DNA from: an uncultured Candidatus Actinomarina sp.
Lineage (GTDB): Bacteria; Actinomycetota; Acidimicrobiia; Actinomarinales; Actinomarinaceae
DNA length: 64,000 bases
Direction of reading: 5' to 3'
NCBI GenBank assembly: GCA_902615855.1
Contig: CACMQN010000004.1
Coordinates: 61,672 to 125,671, forward strand
Shown: in pieces, positions 60,018 to 64,000 of the stretch
Numbering within the stretch: position 1 is the stretch's first letter
Layout of the letters: each line of letters starts with the position of its first letter
The notes under the pieces: model-generated
What the model was told of the DNA's origin: nothing
Seen by the model: only the letters and a program-made list of their open reading frames with translations
The model's database searches: none
Translations under genes and position numbers: made by a program

Positions 60018-60944
60018 ATGCACGTACCAGACGGATTTATAAACGCACCAGTATCTGCAGCAACTGGATTAATTAGCCTTGGAACTATTTGGGCTTATAT
60101 AAGAAATGCGAAAAATTTAGTTGCTGATCGATTAATTGCATTGACAGGAATGATGTCAGCATTAATTTTTGTTTTACAGATGATCAATTTTCCAATTGCA
60201 GCCGGAACTAGTGGTCATCTTCTTGGGGGTGCATTAGCAGTAATTGTACTTGGACCAAGTCTTGGAATTATTTGTATTTCTATTGTTGTTGTCATACAGT
60301 CTCTTCTTTTTGCTGATGGAGGTTTAAGTGCCCTCGGTGTAAATTTACTTAATATGGCTGTAGTGACTTCACTTATTGGATGGTTAGTCATATCTACATG
60401 GAAAAAATTATTTAATGAGAGTTACTCATCAATAATTTCTGGTTCATTTATAGCTGGTTTATTGTCAGTTGTTTTCTCATCAATAGCTTTTGTGCTTGAA
60501 TACGCAATTGGAGGAACAGTTGCTGTGCCACTTGGAAGTGTTTTGATTGCAATGGTTTCAAGCCATGTACTTATTGGTATAGGAGAAGGAATTATTACTG
60601 GTTTGATTGTCTCCTTGCTTTTAAGAGTTCGCTCAGATCTAGTCTATGTTAATCAAAATAAAGAAATTAAAAATAATGCAACTTCATTTTATGGAATATT
60701 TATCTTGTTGATTTTATTACTGACATTGATCACACCATATGCATCATCATCGCCAGATGGACTTGAATCTGTAGCAGAATCTTATGGTTTTAATGAAGAA
60801 TCTGGAATAGTTTTGTTTTTAGATGATTATGGAATTACAAATATTAATAATAATTTTTTATCAACTATTCTAAGTGCTGTATTAGGAATCGTTGTCATAG
60901 TTGGTTTATTTAATATATATATAAAAGTTAAAAACAAGAATTAG
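60018..60944 (+). CDS. cbiMN: Fused CbiM-CbiN substrate-capture component of a Ni/Co ECF transporter
   Basis: N-terminus MHVPDGFINAPVS (the conserved M-H-x-x-[DE]-G CbiM/NikM start), a 6-TM core, then a C-terminal about 90-aa two-TM CbiN-like extension. Start at the internal ATG 60018, not the track's 59973. Confidence 0.8.
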   Translation: MHVPDGFINAPVSAATGLISLGTIWAYIRNAKNLVADRLIALTGMMSALIFVLQMINFPIAAGTSGHLLGGALAVIVLGPSLGIICISIVVVIQSLLFADGGLSALGVNLLNMAVVTSLIGWLVISTWKKLFNESYSSIISGSFIAGLLSVVFSSIAFVLEYAIGGTVAVPLGSVLIAMVSSHVLIGIGEGIITGLIVSLLLRVRSDLVYVNQNKEIKNNATSFYGIFILLILLLTLITPYASSSPDGLESVAESYGFNEESGIVLFLDDYGITNINNNFLSTILSAVLGIVVIVGLFNIYIKVKNKN

Positions 60945-61222
60945 AGTGGGAAAAAATTTATTATTTTTTTTTGAAATCTTTAGATATTTTATTTATCTTT
61001 AAATTAACTTTTTGTGAAGTAAATCTTTATAGAGGATCATTACAAGAAGGGTAAGAGATAACCCTTGAAGAAGTGAGTTTTGGCAACAAAACAAGCGGAG
61101 TATTCAAGGGTTTTCTCATTTTTACTTACATTGTTCTTTTGTTTAACTTCTATTTAATTCAATGATTCATAATTAAATTAACTACTACGCTACTCCCTTA
61201 TAGTTGTTGGTATACAAAAACT

Positions 61223-61244
61223 CCCCAGTTATGAAGAACTGGGG
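61223..61244 (-). terminator. Orphan intrinsic-terminator-like hairpin (CCCCAGTT-atgaag-AACTGGGG, U-tract on the minus strand)
   Basis: 8-bp GC-rich stem seen in sequence. TTTTTGT follows on the minus strand only. No minus-strand gene ends here. Confidence 0.4.
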
Positions 61245-61278
61245 CGTTCACAAAAATAATTTATATTAATATTTTGAT

Positions 61279-61857
61279 ATGACTTCAAAAAATCAATTAG
61301 AACTGCTTCATAAAGAATGCAGGAAGTGTAAAGAGTGTTCACTCGCAGAAACTAGAACCAATGTTGTAGTAGCAAAAGGTAATCCTGATGCAGAAATTTT
61401 AATAATCGGTGAAGGGCCGGGGGAACAAGAGGATATTACTGGTTTTCCTTTTGTAGGTAGAGCTGGAAAAATGTTGGATTCAGCTCTTAACTCAGTCGAA
61501 ATTGATCCTCTAGAAGATTGTTATATTACAAATATTGTGAAATGTAGACCTCCTAACAATAGAAAACCGTCTTTAGAAGAAGTCAAGTCTTGTATTCCTT
61601 GGCTTGATAAACAAATCGATTTTTTAGATCCTAAAATTATTGTGCTTGCAGGATCTACAGCTGTTGAGTCTTTTCTCAATATAAAACAACCAATATCCAA
61701 AATTAGAGGCGAATGGATTGAAAAAGATGATATCAAAGTGATGCCTATTTTTCACCCATCATATCTTTTACGAAATCCGTCAAAAGAACCCGGTAAACCA
61801 AAATGGTTAACTTGGCAAGATTTAAAAAAAGTTAAAAAGGTATACGATAGCATTTAG
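61279..61857 (+). CDS. Family-4 uracil-DNA glycosylase (4Fe-4S type)
   Basis: CRKCKECSL..GEGPGEQED..FVGRAGKMLD..HPSYLLRN motifs. Confidence 0.85.
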   Translation: MTSKNQLELLHKECRKCKECSLAETRTNVVVAKGNPDAEILIIGEGPGEQEDITGFPFVGRAGKMLDSALNSVEIDPLEDCYITNIVKCRPPNNRKPSLEEVKSCIPWLDKQIDFLDPKIIVLAGSTAVESFLNIKQPISKIRGEWIEKDDIKVMPIFHPSYLLRNPSKEPGKPKWLTWQDLKKVKKVYDSI

Positions 61858-62762
61858 TCTGAAAATTCATCCTTAGTTGTTAGTAACAGAGAAGCAAAAA
61901 TAAATAGGCTTGATATCAATATATTTCTGTTAAAGGTCTCTCTTAAAAATAGAACCCCTGCTGTAACACCAACCACGGGTACTAAGTAGTCAATACTTGC
62001 CACTTGCAAAGCACTAACTCTTTGAATAAGCCATGTAAATGAAAGAAAAGCTCCAAGATTACATACAACAAGTGCTACTAATCTCAAAAGCTGAGATAGA
62101 TTTAAGACATCTATACCTACACCGGAAATAAAGAATGTAAGCAAAGTCAAAATTATTACAAGTGGGTACTGAAATGTGAGCCAACTGTTTACCTTATACC
62201 TTGGTGCATATTTTCGATTTAGGACTGTAGCAAGAGCAATACATTGGACGCCAAGAAATGCTAATGATCCTCCTAAAAAAATATTTCCTTGATTAAGCAG
62301 TCCTGTTTCTTGTGAAATAAACAAATATGCTATGCCTGAAAATCCAACAACTACTGATAAATATTTTAGTTTTGATATCTTTTCTTCTTTTAAAATAAGC
62401 TTGACCCACATTGCCGTAAAAATTGGTGCTGAGCTTATTAATAAAGTGACAAGACCAGATGAGATATATTGAAGTGCGAATATAAATGCCCAACTAACAA
62501 AAAATATTGAGGCCAGTCCAGTAAATGAAGCTTCTTTAAGAAGTTGTTTATCAAATTTATCTTTGTTGAAAATAATATAATATGAAAAAAGTAGTGTACC
62601 AATTATTAGTACTCTCGCAGTTACGAGGAAAATTTCATTAAGCCCTTCTAGTAAAAGACTTCTTATAATTACATTTCCAGATCCCCACATAACACCTGCA
62701 GTTAAAATAGCTGAAATTGTTTGTATTAGAGAAGGTTTTTGATAAAGATTATTATTTTTCAT
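61854..62762 (-). CDS. EamA/DMT-superfamily transporter
   Basis: 302 aa, 10 TM helices in two EamA repeats. Convergent 4-nt overlap with the UDG gene. Confidence 0.75.
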   Translation of the reverse strand: MKNNNLYQKPSLIQTISAILTAGVMWGSGNVIIRSLLLEGLNEIFLVTARVLIIGTLLFSYYIIFNKDKFDKQLLKEASFTGLASIFFVSWAFIFALQYISSGLVTLLISSAPIFTAMWVKLILKEEKISKLKYLSVVVGFSGIAYLFISQETGLLNQGNIFLGGSLAFLGVQCIALATVLNRKYAPRYKVNSWLTFQYPLVIILTLLTFFISGVGIDVLNLSQLLRLVALVVCNLGAFLSFTWLIQRVSALQVASIDYLVPVVGVTAGVLFLRETFNRNILISSLFIFASLLLTTKDEFSD

Positions 62763-62824
62763 TATTGAGATGTTAATAATAAAATATAGATAGGTTGTTT
62801 ATTCAAAATTTAAACTAATATATA

Positions 62825-62925
62825 ACTAACGGGAGCAGTAGAGCTGAGAGGGTTAAAAACCGACCGTATGAACCTGTTAGGTAATTCTAACGAAGGGATA
62901 TTCGGTACTCTTATCCCATTTACGA
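62825..62925 (+). promoter_or_regulatory. TPP (THI-box) riboswitch
   Basis: GGGAGC...GCTGAGA...ACCG...GAACCTG-TTAGGTAAT-CTAACGAAGGGA matches the THI element consensus (CUGAGA, GAACCUGAUCYGGnUAAUnCCnGCGnAGGGA). Confidence 0.8.
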
Positions 62926-62934
62926 AATGAGGTA

Positions 62935-64000
62935 ATGGTGCAAATTAGTGCAGATGTTTTAATAAATTATATTTTAATCTTTTTCATCCTTTTACTATTT
63001 CTTGTTTTAACAAGAAGACTTTCAAATAAAGAAGTTGGGGATGGATATTTTGTGATGTTAAAATCTCAAAATACTTTTAATTTGACCCTTAGCTTTTATG
63101 CAAGTGGTATGGGTCTTTGGATTATTGCTTCTCCAGCAGAGGTCGGCTGGTATGGTTTAGGTTTTGATGTAATAGGTTACGCTATTTCAGCTGCAACACC
63201 TTTTGGACTGCTTTATTTTCTGGGTCCTAAAATTGTTGATGCTGTACCAGATAAAGCAACACTACCTCAATATATAAACAAACAATACGGTAATTTTGCA
63301 CAAATTTTTGTTTCATTAGTTGCAATCATCTATATGTCGGCTTTTTTAATTGCAGAATTTGCATCAATCAACTTTCTTTTTCCAGAGATATCTAACACTT
63401 CAGGCCTAATTGTTTGTTTAGCAATAGCACTAGTCACATTCTTATATTTAAACTTGTCGGGTTTCAAAGCATCTTTAATTACTGATAGATTTCAGGGGAT
63501 CTCGATAATTATTCTATTATTTATAGTTTTTTCTCTCTGGATTAGTCAAAACGGTTTAGGAGAAATTATAAAAGCTGCAAACATCGGAGGGCTTAATTCA
63601 TTTACACTTCCTAGCTTTAAGTCTGCTGTTGCAGTTATCCTTGCAGTGACTGCAGCTGAAATCTTTTCACAAGGTTACTGGCAAAGAACTTACTCAGCAT
63701 TAGACGATAGCGTAATAAAAAAATCTTCAATTTTTGCAGGTCTTGGATGTTTTTTAACTGTACTAATACTTGGGATTGCTGGATCGTCAGGTGCTGGTTT
63801 TGGAATTGAGAACCCATCATTAAGTTTTATTCAACAAATACAATTAAATAGTTTCTCAAGAATACTTGTTATAGGCCTTTGCACAATGTTGGTTGCATCA
63901 AGTATTGACACTCTACAAAGTGCAATATCATCAACAATGGCTTTAGATATTGTCAAAAGTGGTGTTGCTGAAGCAAAAATAATCACTCTGGTTATAACAT
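62935..64000 (+). CDS. Sodium:solute symporter family transporter under TPP-riboswitch control (ThiV-like putative thiamine-precursor transporter); 3' end beyond window
   Basis: Hand translation from ATG 62935 (or GTG 62938) gives an open frame to the window end (>350 aa) with many TM helices and SSS-like GxG segments. It is not in the ORF track because no stop falls in the window. Confidence 0.65.
   Translation, partial: MVQISADVLINYILIFFILLLFLVLTRRLSNKEVGDGYFVMLKSQNTFNLTLSFYASGMGLWIIASPAEVGWYGLGFDVIGYAISAATPFGLLYFLGPKIVDAVPDKATLPQYINKQYGNFAQIFVSLVAIIYMSAFLIAEFASINFLFPEISNTSGLIVCLAIALVTFLYLNLSGFKASLITDRFQGISIIILLFIVFSLWISQNGLGEIIKAANIGGLNSFTLPSFKSAVAVILAVTAAEIFSQGYWQRTYSALDDSVIKKSSIFAGLGCFLTVLILGIAGSSGAGFGIENPSLSFIQQIQLNSFSRILVIGLCTMLVASSIDTLQSAISSTMALDIVKSGVAEAKIITLVIT

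Overview
This is a 64-kb, AT-rich chromosomal segment (about one-third GC by eye) with very high coding density and many 4-8 nt gene overlaps. No transposase, integrase or CRISPR array is present, so it reads as streamlined core genome, not an accessory island. Gene content points to a low-GC actinobacterium: a dnaK-grpE-dnaJ-hspR operon, crgA next to a PASTA-type pknB and a PP2C phosphatase, the bS22 micro-ribosomal protein, a PAC2 protein, lysC-asd, and apolipoprotein N-acyltransferase. I infer a marine Actinomarinales-like lineage, but cannot verify that without a database.

Clearly supported content:
- Heat-shock operon.
- proC.
- purA-purB.
- A general amino-acid ABC transporter.
- copZ-copA.
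- dcd.
- lysC-asd.
- murJ.
- dnaX.
- serS.
- tadA.
- pknB/pstP.
- metY-metX.
- A fused cbiMN Ni/Co ECF transporter component.
- Several DNA-repair glycosylases/alkyltransferases.
- Seven tRNAs: four tRNA-Ser plus tRNA-Arg(ACG) between serS and tadA, and a divergent tRNA-Ala/tRNA-Ile pair.

The six-frame ORF track misses four genes:
- A membrane-anchored Fe-S oxidoreductase running off the left edge.
- A 31-aa bS22 gene.
- An SSS-family transporter running off the right edge behind a TPP riboswitch.
- A SelW/Rdx-like gene (23621-23857, minus strand) whose CxxU redox motif is encoded with an in-frame TGA followed by a SECIS-like hairpin, i.e. a probable selenoprotein.

Other observations:
- Two paralogous ~65-aa C-x4-C-x12-C-x2-H zinc-ribbon proteins, each the first gene of a stress operon (dnaK; copZ-copA) and each preceded by a perfect palindrome.
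- Nur-box-like TTGCAA repeats in front of cbiMN and of the copper operon.
- A SAM riboswitch on metY.
- Lnt and TadA homologues with substitutions at canonical catalytic or zinc-ligand cysteines.
- A rifampin-phosphotransferase-like PEP-utilising enzyme paired with a small membrane protein.
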